This document shows positions 1-8,013 of a stretch of DNA of 27,629 nt, piece by piece. The stretch's first letter is position 1, and every line of letters starts with the position of its first letter. A model generated the notes under the pieces. The model was not told the origin of the DNA, did no database searches, and was given only the letters and a program-made list of their open reading frames with translations. Location: the IMG/VR virus record IMGVR_UViG_3300027798_003445, positions 1 through 27,629 of that record; one strand, written 5' to 3'. The stretch is from a virus. Its lineage: Duplodnaviria > Caudoviricetes. A program made the position numbers and the translations under genes.

Positions 1-1
1 A

Positions 2-280
2 GTTTTCCTAAACACCGAAGGGCTTACATCGCTGGCTATCGCTATTTGCGATAGATGCAGGATGAAGCGTGCTTTTGTGGAGTTGGAGAGCGACCCGAAC
101 TTCCCCGGCCTCCGCGTCTGTGGCACCGTAAGCGAAGGCTGTAAAGACAACATGGATCCCTACCGCCAAGCCGCCCGACAAACCGAACGCATCAACCTTC
201 GTTTTCCGCGACCTGATAGCACATTGACCCAAGTCGATGATCAGTCTCCTAAATACGAAGGTAAGTACGGCCCCACGTAA
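2..280 (+). CDS. Conserved small phage late-region protein with four Cys (CxxC...C...C, possible Zn binding); 5' truncated by window edge
   Basis: The frame of the 62..280 ORF stays open back to position 2 (VFLNTEGLTSLAIAICDRCR-MKRAF...LRVCGTVSEGCKD...RFPRPD), so the true start lies before the window. Confidence 0.75.
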   Translation, partial: VFLNTEGLTSLAIAICDRCRMKRAFVELESDPNFPGLRVCGTVSEGCKDNMDPYRQAARQTERINLRFPRPDSTLTQVDDQSPKYEGKYGPT

Positions 281-289
281 AGGAAAAAC

Positions 290-604
290 ATGGCACAGTC
301 AGGCTTTACGCCAATCAAAATATATTCAAGCGGCACAGCGGCGGCACAGCCCTTGGCGGCAAATTTAGCCCTTGGCGAACTTGCGCTTAATTACACCGAC
401 GGCAAGATTTATTACAAAAACGGTGCGGGCACTGTTTTGTCAATTTCAAGCGTAGCCGCTACACCAATTGTTGAAAATGAAAATACAATTTCTGTAAACA
501 GAACTATCACTGTTGGCAGTAATGGTGAGAGTGTTGGGCCGATAACCGTCAACACAGGCGTCACTCTCACTGTCGGTGCAAATCAACGGTATATAGTCTT
601 TTAA
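290..604 (+). CDS. Short tail-fibre attachment/adaptor protein
   Basis: AAGGA RBS; N-terminal P-x-A-x-L-x-x-GELALNYTDGKIYYK motif typical of fibre anchor domains; C-terminal ENENTIS...GPITVNTGVTLTV...YIVF module. Confidence 0.7.
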   Translation: MAQSGFTPIKIYSSGTAAAQPLAANLALGELALNYTDGKIYYKNGAGTVLSISSVAATPIVENENTISVNRTITVGSNGESVGPITVNTGVTLTVGANQRYIVF

Positions 605-621
605 CTTTTTGGAGAAACAAA

Positions 622-2817
622 ATGGCAGTAATTATCAATGGTAACAATACGCCACCTGCTGGCGGTATTGCCTACGGCAACTCTACCTCCGAATTAGCGT
701 TTACAGCCGCTGGGTCAGCAGGTCAGCTAGTTTTATCAGGTGGTGCAGGAGCACCAACATTTACAACCCTGCTTGCGGTAGCAAATGGCGGTACTGGAAC
801 TGCTACACCAAGTATTGTGGCAGGCACAAACGTTACAGTAAGTGGAACTTGGCCCAATCAAACCGTCAATGCTAGTGCTAGTGGTAGTGGAACAGTTACA
901 AGTGTCGCTCTATCGGGTGGCACAACTGGTCTGACCGTAACTGGCAGTCCTATCACTACAAGTGGAACAATCACACTAGCGGGTATATTGGCAGTTGCAA
1001 ACGGTGGAACTGGCACTGCTACTCCCGCTATTGTTGCAGGCACAAATGTCACAGTAAGCGGTACGTGGCCTAATCAAACCATTAACGCTACAGCCAGTGG
1101 CAGTGGCACAGTAACCAGCGTTGCGGCAACAGTCCCATCGTTTTTGTCGGTTACTGGCTCACCAATTACGACAAGCGGTACATTGGCAATTTCTTTGTCG
1201 GGTACTGCATTACCAGTTGCCAATGGCGGTACTGGTCAAACAACTTATACCGATGGTGAGTTGCTTATCGGTAACTCCACAGGAAACACACTTTCCAAAA
1301 CAACTTTAACCGCTGGGGCTGGCGTCACAATCACCAACGGCAGTGGAACAATCACAATTGCGGCGGCGGGTGGTGGTGGTGGCACAGTAACTTCTGTATC
1401 GCAATCATTCACAGGCGGCATAATTTCAGTTGCTGGTTCACCAATTACCCTAAGTGGTACTTTGGCTTTGACGGTTGCGGGAACAAGCGGCGGCATACCT
1501 TATTTCACCAGCACAAGCACTTGGGCAACGTCTGCACTGTTAGCGGCAAACGCCTTAATGATTGGCGGCGGCGCTGGAGTTGCCCCAAGCACAGCAACTA
1601 CTGGAACAGGCGTTGTAACTGCTTTAGGCGTCAATGTAGGCACGGCAGGGGCGTTTGTTGTTAATGGTGGTGCTTTAGGAACGCCGTTAAGTGGAACAGC
1701 AACTAACTTAACTGGATTGCCACTGTCCACTGGCGTAACAGGATTACTTCCTGTTGCCAACGGCGGTACGGGAACCGCTACGCCTGCCATTGTTGCGGGA
1801 ACAAACGTTACCGTTTCAGGCACGTGGCCTAACCAAACCATAAACTCTACAGCCAGTGGCGGTGTGACCAGTGTTGCCCAGTCATTTACTGGTGGCATTG
1901 TTTCAGTGGCTGGCTCACCGATTACGACCAGTGGCACTTTAGCCCTAACAATTGCTGGAACTTCAGGTGGTATCCCTTACTTTTCAAGCGGAACCACATG
2001 GGCAACCAGTGCGGCATTGGTGGCAAGCGCAATTGTGCTTGGTGGTGGCGCAGGAGCGGCTCCAGCCACTACAACAACAGGCACAGGTGTTGTAACTGCT
2101 TTAGGAGTCAACGTAGGCACGGCAGGGGCGTTTGTTGTCAATGGCGGCGCTTTAGGTACTCCTTCAAGCGGTACGCTGACTAGCGCAACAGGACTTCCAA
2201 TTTCTACTGGTGTGTCAGGACTTGGTACAGGTATAGCAACCGCCTTGGCTGTAAACGTTGGAACTGCTGGCGCTCCTGTTATAAATGGCGGCGCACTAGG
2301 TACACCCTCTAGCGGCACATTAACTAGCGCAACAGGTCTCCCTATATCCACTGGCGTCAGTGGCTTAGGCACTAACGTAGCTACTGCTTTAGCCGTAGCC
2401 GTAGGTTCTGCTGGCGCACCTGTTGTGAATGGTGGCGTATTAGGAACACCAAGTAGCGGAACAGCAACCAACCTAACTGGCTTGCCTTTGTCCACGGGCG
2501 TGACTGGCACTCTTCCAGTGGCTAATGGCGGTACAGGTCTAGCCACACTCACAGCCGATAATGTTATTTTAGGCAACGGCACATCAACGCCATCATTTGT
2601 AGCCCCAAGCACCGCTGGAAATGTTCTGACAAGCAATGGAACAACATGGCAATCAACTGCGCCAACTGGTACAAGTTTGCTTGAAAACGCACAAATTATC
2701 TCAACAAACTACGTAATTGCGGCATTGAAAAACGCAATAGCGCTAGGTACAATAACAATAAACACTTCATCATCGGTGACAGTCGGTACGGATCAATCTT
2801 GGTTAATCTTTTCTTAA
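622..2817 (+). CDS. Long tail fibre protein (Gly/Thr/Ala/Val-rich, repetitive)
   Basis: GGAG RBS; repeated LPVANGGTG, GTVTSV, SPITTSGT and NGGALGTPSSGT motifs typical of phage fibre shafts; 731 aa. Confidence 0.85.
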   Translation: MAVIINGNNTPPAGGIAYGNSTSELAFTAAGSAGQLVLSGGAGAPTFTTLLAVANGGTGTATPSIVAGTNVTVSGTWPNQTVNASASGSGTVTSVALSGGTTGLTVTGSPITTSGTITLAGILAVANGGTGTATPAIVAGTNVTVSGTWPNQTINATASGSGTVTSVAATVPSFLSVTGSPITTSGTLAISLSGTALPVANGGTGQTTYTDGELLIGNSTGNTLSKTTLTAGAGVTITNGSGTITIAAAGGGGGTVTSVSQSFTGGIISVAGSPITLSGTLALTVAGTSGGIPYFTSTSTWATSALLAANALMIGGGAGVAPSTATTGTGVVTALGVNVGTAGAFVVNGGALGTPLSGTATNLTGLPLSTGVTGLLPVANGGTGTATPAIVAGTNVTVSGTWPNQTINSTASGGVTSVAQSFTGGIVSVAGSPITTSGTLALTIAGTSGGIPYFSSGTTWATSAALVASAIVLGGGAGAAPATTTTGTGVVTALGVNVGTAGAFVVNGGALGTPSSGTLTSATGLPISTGVSGLGTGIATALAVNVGTAGAPVINGGALGTPSSGTLTSATGLPISTGVSGLGTNVATALAVAVGSAGAPVVNGGVLGTPSSGTATNLTGLPLSTGVTGTLPVANGGTGLATLTADNVILGNGTSTPSFVAPSTAGNVLTSNGTTWQSTAPTGTSLLENAQIISTNYVIAALKNAIALGTITINTSSSVTVGTDQSWLIFS
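772..2540 (+). repeat. Nested intragenic repeats of the tail fibre
   Basis: LxVANGGTGTATPxIVAGTNVTVSGTWPNQT at 772, 988 and 1747; SVxQSFTGGI...WATSA block at 1393 and 1870 (477 nt apart); xNGGxLGTP at 1660, 2137, 2281 and 2425 (last three at a 144 nt period). Confidence 0.9.
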
Positions 2818-2826
2818 GGAAACAAC

Positions 2827-3261
2827 ATGAGTAACTTAAAAGTTCAAGGCAATGCATCGGGTACTGGAACAAGTACCTTGTCGTCTCCAAACACCAACAG
2901 TAGCGTAACCTACACGCTACCTGATACGGCTTCAGCTACGACTCTTGGATATCTTAATATCCCCCTGTCGGGCATTAAGACGGCAAGTTACACCCTTGTG
3001 GCTGGTGATGTTGGGGAATTTATTGAGCTAGGCACAAGTGGCACAGTTGTAGTTCCATCGGGTGTATTTACAACGGGTGATGTGATTAGCATTTTCAACA
3101 ATACATCAGCCACCATTTCCTGCACTTGCTCTGCTGTAACAACAGTTTACAAGGCTGGTACAGACGCAGATATTTCTACTTTTAGCGTCACTACAAGAGG
3201 TGTAGCCACTATTCTGTTCATTACTGCCACGGTTGCTGTAGTTACGGGCAATCTTGCATGA
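2827..3261 (+). CDS. Tail fibre distal adaptor/connector protein
   Basis: TAAGGA RBS; N-terminal LKVQGNASGTGTSTLSSPNTNS..YTLPD and C-terminal YTLVAGDVG..F..GD.ISIFNN..RGVATILF..VVTGNL beta-rich domain; ATGA overlap with next gene. Confidence 0.65.
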   Translation: MSNLKVQGNASGTGTSTLSSPNTNSSVTYTLPDTASATTLGYLNIPLSGIKTASYTLVAGDVGEFIELGTSGTVVVPSGVFTTGDVISIFNNTSATISCTCSAVTTVYKAGTDADISTFSVTTRGVATILFITATVAVVTGNLA

Positions 3262-3899
3262 GCGGCATCGTTCTTGCATTTGCTGGAGCTACTACAGGCC
3301 CAGCGCCTCCACCTCCCATTGGATCGGCTTATGGAGGCGGCTTCTTTGCTGGTCAAATTGGGGTTGGTGGCGTTGCTTCACATAATTTAATTGTCGGCCC
3401 TGTAGCATCTGCGGTAAGCGCAAGCAAACAATTTAAAACAACCAATACAGCCACAACAGGGACATCCTCAGCAATTGATGGGCCTACTAATAGCTCTAAC
3501 ATGAACAACGCTAGTCACCCTGCCGCAGAATTCTGCGAGGGTTTAACTATTGGCGGCTTTAGCGATTGGTATTTACCAGCAAAAAATGAACTTGAGGTTT
3601 GTTATTACAACCTTAAACCAACAACAGCAGACAACGTCACTACTTCTGGAATAAATGCAAATGCAATTCCTGCAAGGGCAAGTAATTACACGGCTGGCAC
3701 ACCTGCACAAACCTCTGCCACAGATTTTAGAAATACTGGTGCAGAAGATTTTCAGTCTGCGTATTATTGGTCAAGTACTCAGTCTGCTGTGTACTCGGGT
3801 ACAAATGCTTACAGACAAGAATTTAGTTATGGCTACCAAAGGAATTCGGCTAAAACTAACCAGTTCGATGTTCGCGCAGTAAGAAGGGTGGCTGTATGA
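3258..3899 (+). CDS. DUF1566/Lcl-like (C-type-lectin fold) putative receptor-binding protein 1
   Basis: IGSAYGGGFFAG, A-x-F-C-x-x-L-x-x-GG-x-SDWYLPAKNEL, YYWSST and terminal VRAVRR motifs. Confidence 0.8.
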   Translation: MSGIVLAFAGATTGPAPPPPIGSAYGGGFFAGQIGVGGVASHNLIVGPVASAVSASKQFKTTNTATTGTSSAIDGPTNSSNMNNASHPAAEFCEGLTIGGFSDWYLPAKNELEVCYYNLKPTTADNVTTSGINANAIPARASNYTAGTPAQTSATDFRNTGAEDFQSAYYWSSTQSAVYSGTNAYRQEFSYGYQRNSAKTNQFDVRAVRRVAV

Positions 3900-4567
3900 G
3901 TGGAATTGTTCTTGCGCTTGCTGGCGCTACTACAAATAATATTCCAGCTATTGGAGCCGCTTATGAAGGCGGTTACTTTGCTGGTCAAATTTCAACAACG
4001 GGCACTGGTGTTGCTAATTACAACCTTGTAATAGGGCCTAAGGCGACTGCTCAATTCACGCAACCTAGCAACCCCGATGGTAAGTTTTGGAAAACAACTA
4101 ATACAACAACTGCTGGAACAAACTCATACATTGAAGGGGCGGCTAACAGCGCACAAATGGCTAACGCCCAGCATCCAGCGGGACAGTTCTGCGAAAACTT
4201 GACCGTTGGTGGTTACAGCGATTGGTACATGCCTGCTTTTTCCGAGTGGGGTGTAATTTATTCTAATTTAAAGCCCACCACAGGAGGCAACGCTCTCAAT
4301 ACGGGGCAAAATTCCTACGCTGTGCCTCCAAGACCTAGTAACTACACCAATGGCGATCCAGCACAAACTACTGTTAGTGCTTTTCAAGCTGGAGGAGCAG
4401 AAGCCCTTACTAACAACGCAAATAATCCAACAACTTATTGGTCTAGCACTGAGAATAGCGCCTCAACGGCGTGGGGTAGTTACATGGGTAATGGTCAATT
4501 CAGCGCCTACACCAAGGCTACGCCTTACGTAGCTTGCGTTAGGGGAATTCGAAGAATTGCAGTTTAA
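3896..4567 (+). CDS. DUF1566/Lcl-like putative receptor-binding protein 2 (paralog)
   Basis: IGAAYEGGYFAG, FCENLTVGGYSDWYMPA, YWSSTE and VRGIRR motifs; collinear with the preceding gene; ATGA overlap. Confidence 0.8.
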   Translation: MSGIVLALAGATTNNIPAIGAAYEGGYFAGQISTTGTGVANYNLVIGPKATAQFTQPSNPDGKFWKTTNTTTAGTNSYIEGAANSAQMANAQHPAGQFCENLTVGGYSDWYMPAFSEWGVIYSNLKPTTGGNALNTGQNSYAVPPRPSNYTNGDPAQTTVSAFQAGGAEALTNNANNPTTYWSSTENSASTAWGSYMGNGQFSAYTKATPYVACVRGIRRIAV

Positions 4568-4582
4568 TTAAGGAGATTTTTC

Positions 4583-5008
4583 ATGTACATTTGTGTAACA
4601 GAAGTAGACGCGGTAACAAAAAACCCCTGTACCGTTGAGCCACAGCGCACAGGGCCGTCAATGCCAGCCGTCAAAGGCTTGCAAGTTACTTGGTTCGACC
4701 AGTCTACATGGCCTGTTGAATTGGCACCTGATGGCACATACTTGAGAGCGCCCAAGTATTACGGCACTTGTGACGACGATGCTGACGCTACGATTGCTGG
4801 TGTCTTACAGGTATTGACCGAAGCAAAGTTCAATACCGCCAAAGCCGAAGAGCTTGAGGCGCGTAGACCTTATCCATCATGGATTGGCTACTTGGACACA
4901 ATGACTTGGGCGGCGCCTATAGCAAGACCAGCAGATGCAATTATGAACGGCGGCAATGTTGCATACCAGTGGGATGAAGCTACTCTTAATTGGATTCCAC
5001 TGGCGTGA
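4583..5008 (+). CDS. Hypothetical protein, possible tail fibre assembly chaperone
   Basis: TAAGGAG RBS; C-terminal PYPSW...W.AP..RP.D....YQWDEATLNW motif common in fibre-associated small proteins. Confidence 0.55.
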   Translation: MYICVTEVDAVTKNPCTVEPQRTGPSMPAVKGLQVTWFDQSTWPVELAPDGTYLRAPKYYGTCDDDADATIAGVLQVLTEAKFNTAKAEELEARRPYPSWIGYLDTMTWAAPIARPADAIMNGGNVAYQWDEATLNWIPLA

Positions 5009-5829
5009 AAGAGTTCTTCTTCATCTCAGGTTTGCCAAGGTCAGGTTCAACCCTGCTCTCGGCTATTCTGCGTCAGAACCCTGAGTTCTACGCTGATATC
5101 TCATCCCCTGTGAGCAATTTGGTTACAACAACCATCAACGTCATTACAGGCAGTGAGAGCAACCACCTGATAGATGAAGACAGGCGCAAACAAATATTGA
5201 AAGACGTGTTTGAGGCTTACTACAAATCGGTCACCCAAAACACAGTGTTTGACACTAGCAGGGGCTGGACTGCCAAGACATCACTCCTCAAAGATCTTTA
5301 CCCACAGACCAAGATCATTTGTTGTGTGCGTGATTTGCCTTGGATACTGGACAGCTTTGAGCGCATTGCCGCCAAGAATTCTTTGTATGGCGCATCCTTA
5401 ACAGATGATGAGGCAAATCAAACCGTCACAACACGATGCGACGCCTTGATGGATGTCAAAAAAGAAGGTCAAGTAATCAAGCCCTATTATTTCTTAGAAG
5501 AGGGTTTGCTGTTAAACCCTGACATGATTATGTTGGTTGAGTACGAGTCTCTGTGCAAAAAACCTGAGGGCGTAATGCGTGAGTTGTATCAGTTCATTGG
5601 CAAACCTTACTTTGACCATGACTTTAAAAATGTTGAGTATGAGAACGAGACGTACGACAAAGCCATAAACATGAAAAGTTTGCACACGGTACGTAAGGAA
5701 GTAACGTGGCAAGAGCGCCCAACCATCCTGCCCAAGTCGGTGTGGGAAAAGTATGGCAAGGGCACAGACTTTTGGCGAACACCAGCACCAAATTTTGAGG
5801 TCAAGTCACTGTACAAGGTCAAGGGATGA
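5005..5829 (+). CDS. PAPS-dependent sulfotransferase (Sulfotransfer_3 family, RaxST-like)
   Basis: 5'-PSB loop FISGLPRSGSTLL..ILRQNP, 3'-PB motif KIICCVRD..WILDSFER, and VEYESLC..P..VMRELYQFIG; GTG start at 5005 overlaps upstream TGA (GTGA). Confidence 0.9.
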   Translation: MKEFFFISGLPRSGSTLLSAILRQNPEFYADISSPVSNLVTTTINVITGSESNHLIDEDRRKQILKDVFEAYYKSVTQNTVFDTSRGWTAKTSLLKDLYPQTKIICCVRDLPWILDSFERIAAKNSLYGASLTDDEANQTVTTRCDALMDVKKEGQVIKPYYFLEEGLLLNPDMIMLVEYESLCKKPEGVMRELYQFIGKPYFDHDFKNVEYENETYDKAINMKSLHTVRKEVTWQERPTILPKSVWEKYGKGTDFWRTPAPNFEVKSLYKVKG

Positions 5830-6266
5830 AAATCTTGGTCATGGGGTTGCCCGGTGCTGGAAAGACCACCCTTGCCACCGCTTTGGCAAGGGAGCTACAG
5901 TGCGTTCACTTCAATGCCGATGAAGTGCGCAAAGAGATCAACAAAGACCTTGGCTTTAGCGTGGCTGATAGGCTTGAGCATGCAAGGCGCATGGGCGTAA
6001 TGTGCGACATTGCTTCTCGATACGGCGCTCACGTGATTGCCGACTTTGTATGCCCGACACCTGAGACACGGCAAGCCTTTGGTGCTCACTTCATAGTGTG
6101 GGTAGACCGCATTAAAGAAGGTCGGTTTGAGGATACAAACAAGCTATTTGTGCCCCCAACAAATTTTGATGTGCGCGTTGATGGTAAGTTTGGCATGCAA
6201 TATTACGCAGAAGAAATTGCCAAAATGATTGAGCCACCACAACCAAAAACCCGTTGGGCATATTAA
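5826..6266 (+). CDS. cysC: Adenylylsulfate (APS) kinase-like P-loop kinase, short form
   Basis: Walker A GLPGAGKTT; NADEVR..INKDLGFS..DR.EHARR resembles CysC DGDNVR...DLGFS..DR.EN.RR; VIADFVCP; ATGA-coupled to the sulfotransferase. Confidence 0.8.
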   Translation: MKILVMGLPGAGKTTLATALARELQCVHFNADEVRKEINKDLGFSVADRLEHARRMGVMCDIASRYGAHVIADFVCPTPETRQAFGAHFIVWVDRIKEGRFEDTNKLFVPPTNFDVRVDGKFGMQYYAEEIAKMIEPPQPKTRWAY

Positions 6267-6306
6267 GATATAGATCCAAAAACCCGCTTAACTTAAAGGA
6301 ACAAAA

Positions 6307-6480
6307 ATGGTAGAAAAAGTTTGGTTCACCTTGGAAACAGCAAATCAAATTGTTGGATATTTAGGTACAAGACCGTATCAAGAAATTTTTCAATTGATGG
6401 CTCAGATACAGAAGGCTGTAGATATCCAGCAAGAAGAAAAAAGAGCAACCTCAGCGCCTGAAGATCAAATTGATTCTTGA
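6307..6480 (+). CDS. Small hypothetical protein (57 aa), absent from the ORF track
   Basis: TAAAGGA RBS at 6294-6300; MVEKVWFTLETANQIVGYLGTRPYQEIFQLMAQIQKAVDIQQEEKRATSAPEDQIDS; fills the gap between neighbours. Confidence 0.8.
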   Translation: MVEKVWFTLETANQIVGYLGTRPYQEIFQLMAQIQKAVDIQQEEKRATSAPEDQIDS

Positions 6481-6485
6481 GTAGT

Positions 6486-6680
6486 ATGGATAACACCGAG
6501 ACCAAATTAGCCGTACACGAAGCCGTCTGCATGGAGAGATACAACAGTATTGATCGCTCTTTGCGGGACGGCGACAAGCGTATGAGCAAGATTGAGTACC
6601 TGTTGTACGCGGTAATTATCTGCGTGCTGTTTGGCCCCGGCGTGGCTGGCGAATTCACAAAGAAGCTCTTGGGGCTATGA
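6486..6680 (+). CDS. Small membrane protein, holin/XhlA-like (coiled coil plus C-terminal TM)
   Basis: KLAVHEAVCMERY...RMSKIEYLLYAVIICVLFGPG; located in lysis block; ATG at 6486. Confidence 0.6.
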   Translation: MDNTETKLAVHEAVCMERYNSIDRSLRDGDKRMSKIEYLLYAVIICVLFGPGVAGEFTKKLLGL

Positions 6681-6681
6681 A

Positions 6682-7347
6682 ATCGACCCGCTCACCATCT
6701 TGCTGGCCGCTCGAGCCTGTGTTACTGCAATCCAGCAAGGTACTGCTTTGTACAAGCAAACCAAAACCGCTTTCATGGAGGTCAAGTCCATTGTTGAAGA
6801 AACTGCTGGTGTTGCCCGACAGGCCAAAAGCTTTTGGGCCAAGCTCTTCGGAACCAAAGAAGAGCCTATGGCGCAAGCGGCGCGAAAAAAGGAAAAATTC
6901 GTAGCCGTAGACGAAACAAAAGTGCTCTCGGATATTGTGAGTCAATTGAGCACTTTTTTTCGTTTGCAGGAGCAGTTAGCCGAAACAATTCGCGTTGAGG
7001 AAGAACGATCAAAAAACGTTTACGACCCCGACGCTAACCTGATGGAAGCCGCCCTCCACAGGATCATGGCCCAAGATCAGATGGCAATTTTGGAACGAGA
7101 AATAAGAGAGGCGATGGTATACGGCGCCCCAGCCGAGATGGGGGCTCTGTACAGCCGAACGTTTGCAACTCGGGACATCATTAAGGCAGAGCAGGAGAAA
7201 GCAAGAAAGAAGCGGGATGAACAATCATGGCAACGCAAGGAAAAGGAGCGCCTTTCAAGCGAAAGGCAAGCGTACCTACTAGCGACTTTGCTGTGCCTCC
7301 TGTATCTGTGGGCGCTCCTGATACTCTTAAGCAGGACTGGGAATTAG
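6682..7347 (+). CDS. Helical coiled-coil protein with C-terminal TM anchor; start uncertain
   Basis: Long ORF IDPLTILLAARAC...YLLATLLCLLYLWALLILL; apparent N-terminus begins at ATC (6682) just after the upstream stop; the track start 6631 (TTG) lies inside the previous gene. Confidence 0.6.
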   Translation: MDPLTILLAARACVTAIQQGTALYKQTKTAFMEVKSIVEETAGVARQAKSFWAKLFGTKEEPMAQAARKKEKFVAVDETKVLSDIVSQLSTFFRLQEQLAETIRVEEERSKNVYDPDANLMEAALHRIMAQDQMAILEREIREAMVYGAPAEMGALYSRTFATRDIIKAEQEKARKKRDEQSWQRKEKERLSSERQAYLLATLLCLLYLWALLILLSRTGN

Positions 7348-7529
7348 TGATGGGGTACATCGTGGCGTTAATTTTGGTAGTTTTGATGATCCCGCTTCTT
7401 GGCATGCTGTACATGGACGTGTTGCAAACAAAAAAAGAAGCCCAAGTACAGATTCAAAAAATGGAAAAACTTAGGCAAAAAATTGAAAAGGAAAGAAGAG
7501 ATGATTCCAATAGTCGCAACACTCCTTAG
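7227..7529 (+). CDS. Single-TM coiled-coil protein, possibly spanin-like; start at 7227 or 7350
   Basis: MGYIVALILVVLMIPLLGMLY hydrophobic segment followed by K/E/Q-rich helix; overlaps both neighbours. Confidence 0.55.
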   Translation: MATQGKGAPFKRKASVPTSDFAVPPVSVGAPDTLKQDWELVMGYIVALILVVLMIPLLGMLYMDVLQTKKEAQVQIQKMEKLRQKIEKERRDDSNSRNTP

Positions 7530-8013
7530 TAGCTTAGCCCAAAACGGGTTAACACTACTGTCAAGCGCTATTCAAGCCAAGGGCAAAGAAGTAGTTGAAA
7601 AAACGCTTAACGTAAAAATTCCTGACGACCCAACACCTGAAGACGTTAGCAACTTGCGCCAGCTTCAGTTTGAGCATGAAGAACGCCTGCTTGAGCTAGG
7701 CATTGAAAAAGCCAAGATGGAGTTGGCTGAACTGGAATTGTTTGCCAAAGCCGCACAGAACGAGGACGACAACGTCACAGATCGTTGGCAGTCGGATATG
7801 AACAGCGACTCTTGGCTGTCCAAGAACATACGTCCCATGAGCTTGATTGCCATCTTTTCAGGTTACTTCCTGTTTGCCATGATGAGCGCCTTTGGCTATA
7901 ACGCCAACGAGTCTTATGTATCCTTGCTTGGGCAGTGGGGTATGCTGATCATGGGTGCTTACTTTGGCGGCAGAACTATTGAAAAACTAGCAGAAATGAA
8001 AGGCAGAAAATGA
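7501..8013 (+). CDS. Holin, 3TM GTA-holin-like (DUF3154-like)
   Basis: RWQSDMNSDSWLSKNIRP and GAYFGGRTIEK motifs with TM helices; directly upstream of the endolysin; ATG 7501 after purine-rich RBS. Confidence 0.75.
   Translation: MIPIVATLLSSLAQNGLTLLSSAIQAKGKEVVEKTLNVKIPDDPTPEDVSNLRQLQFEHEERLLELGIEKAKMELAELELFAKAAQNEDDNVTDRWQSDMNSDSWLSKNIRPMSLIAIFSGYFLFAMMSAFGYNANESYVSLLGQWGMLIMGAYFGGRTIEKLAEMKGRK

Noticed and set aside
858-2636. Long minus-strand ORFs opposite the tail fibre (also 10457-11179 and 15856-16806)
   Set aside because: Antisense shadows of Gly/Thr/Ala/Pro-rich coding sequence with no RBS or motifs
3258-5008. Complete diversity-generating retroelement
   Set aside because: No reverse transcriptase, accessory gene or adenine-variant template repeat seen in the window
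6677-6904. 75-aa ORF starting at the ATGA overlap
   Set aside because: Lies within the longer, more protein-like ORF in another frame and has no recognisable features; kept only as part of the start-codon question
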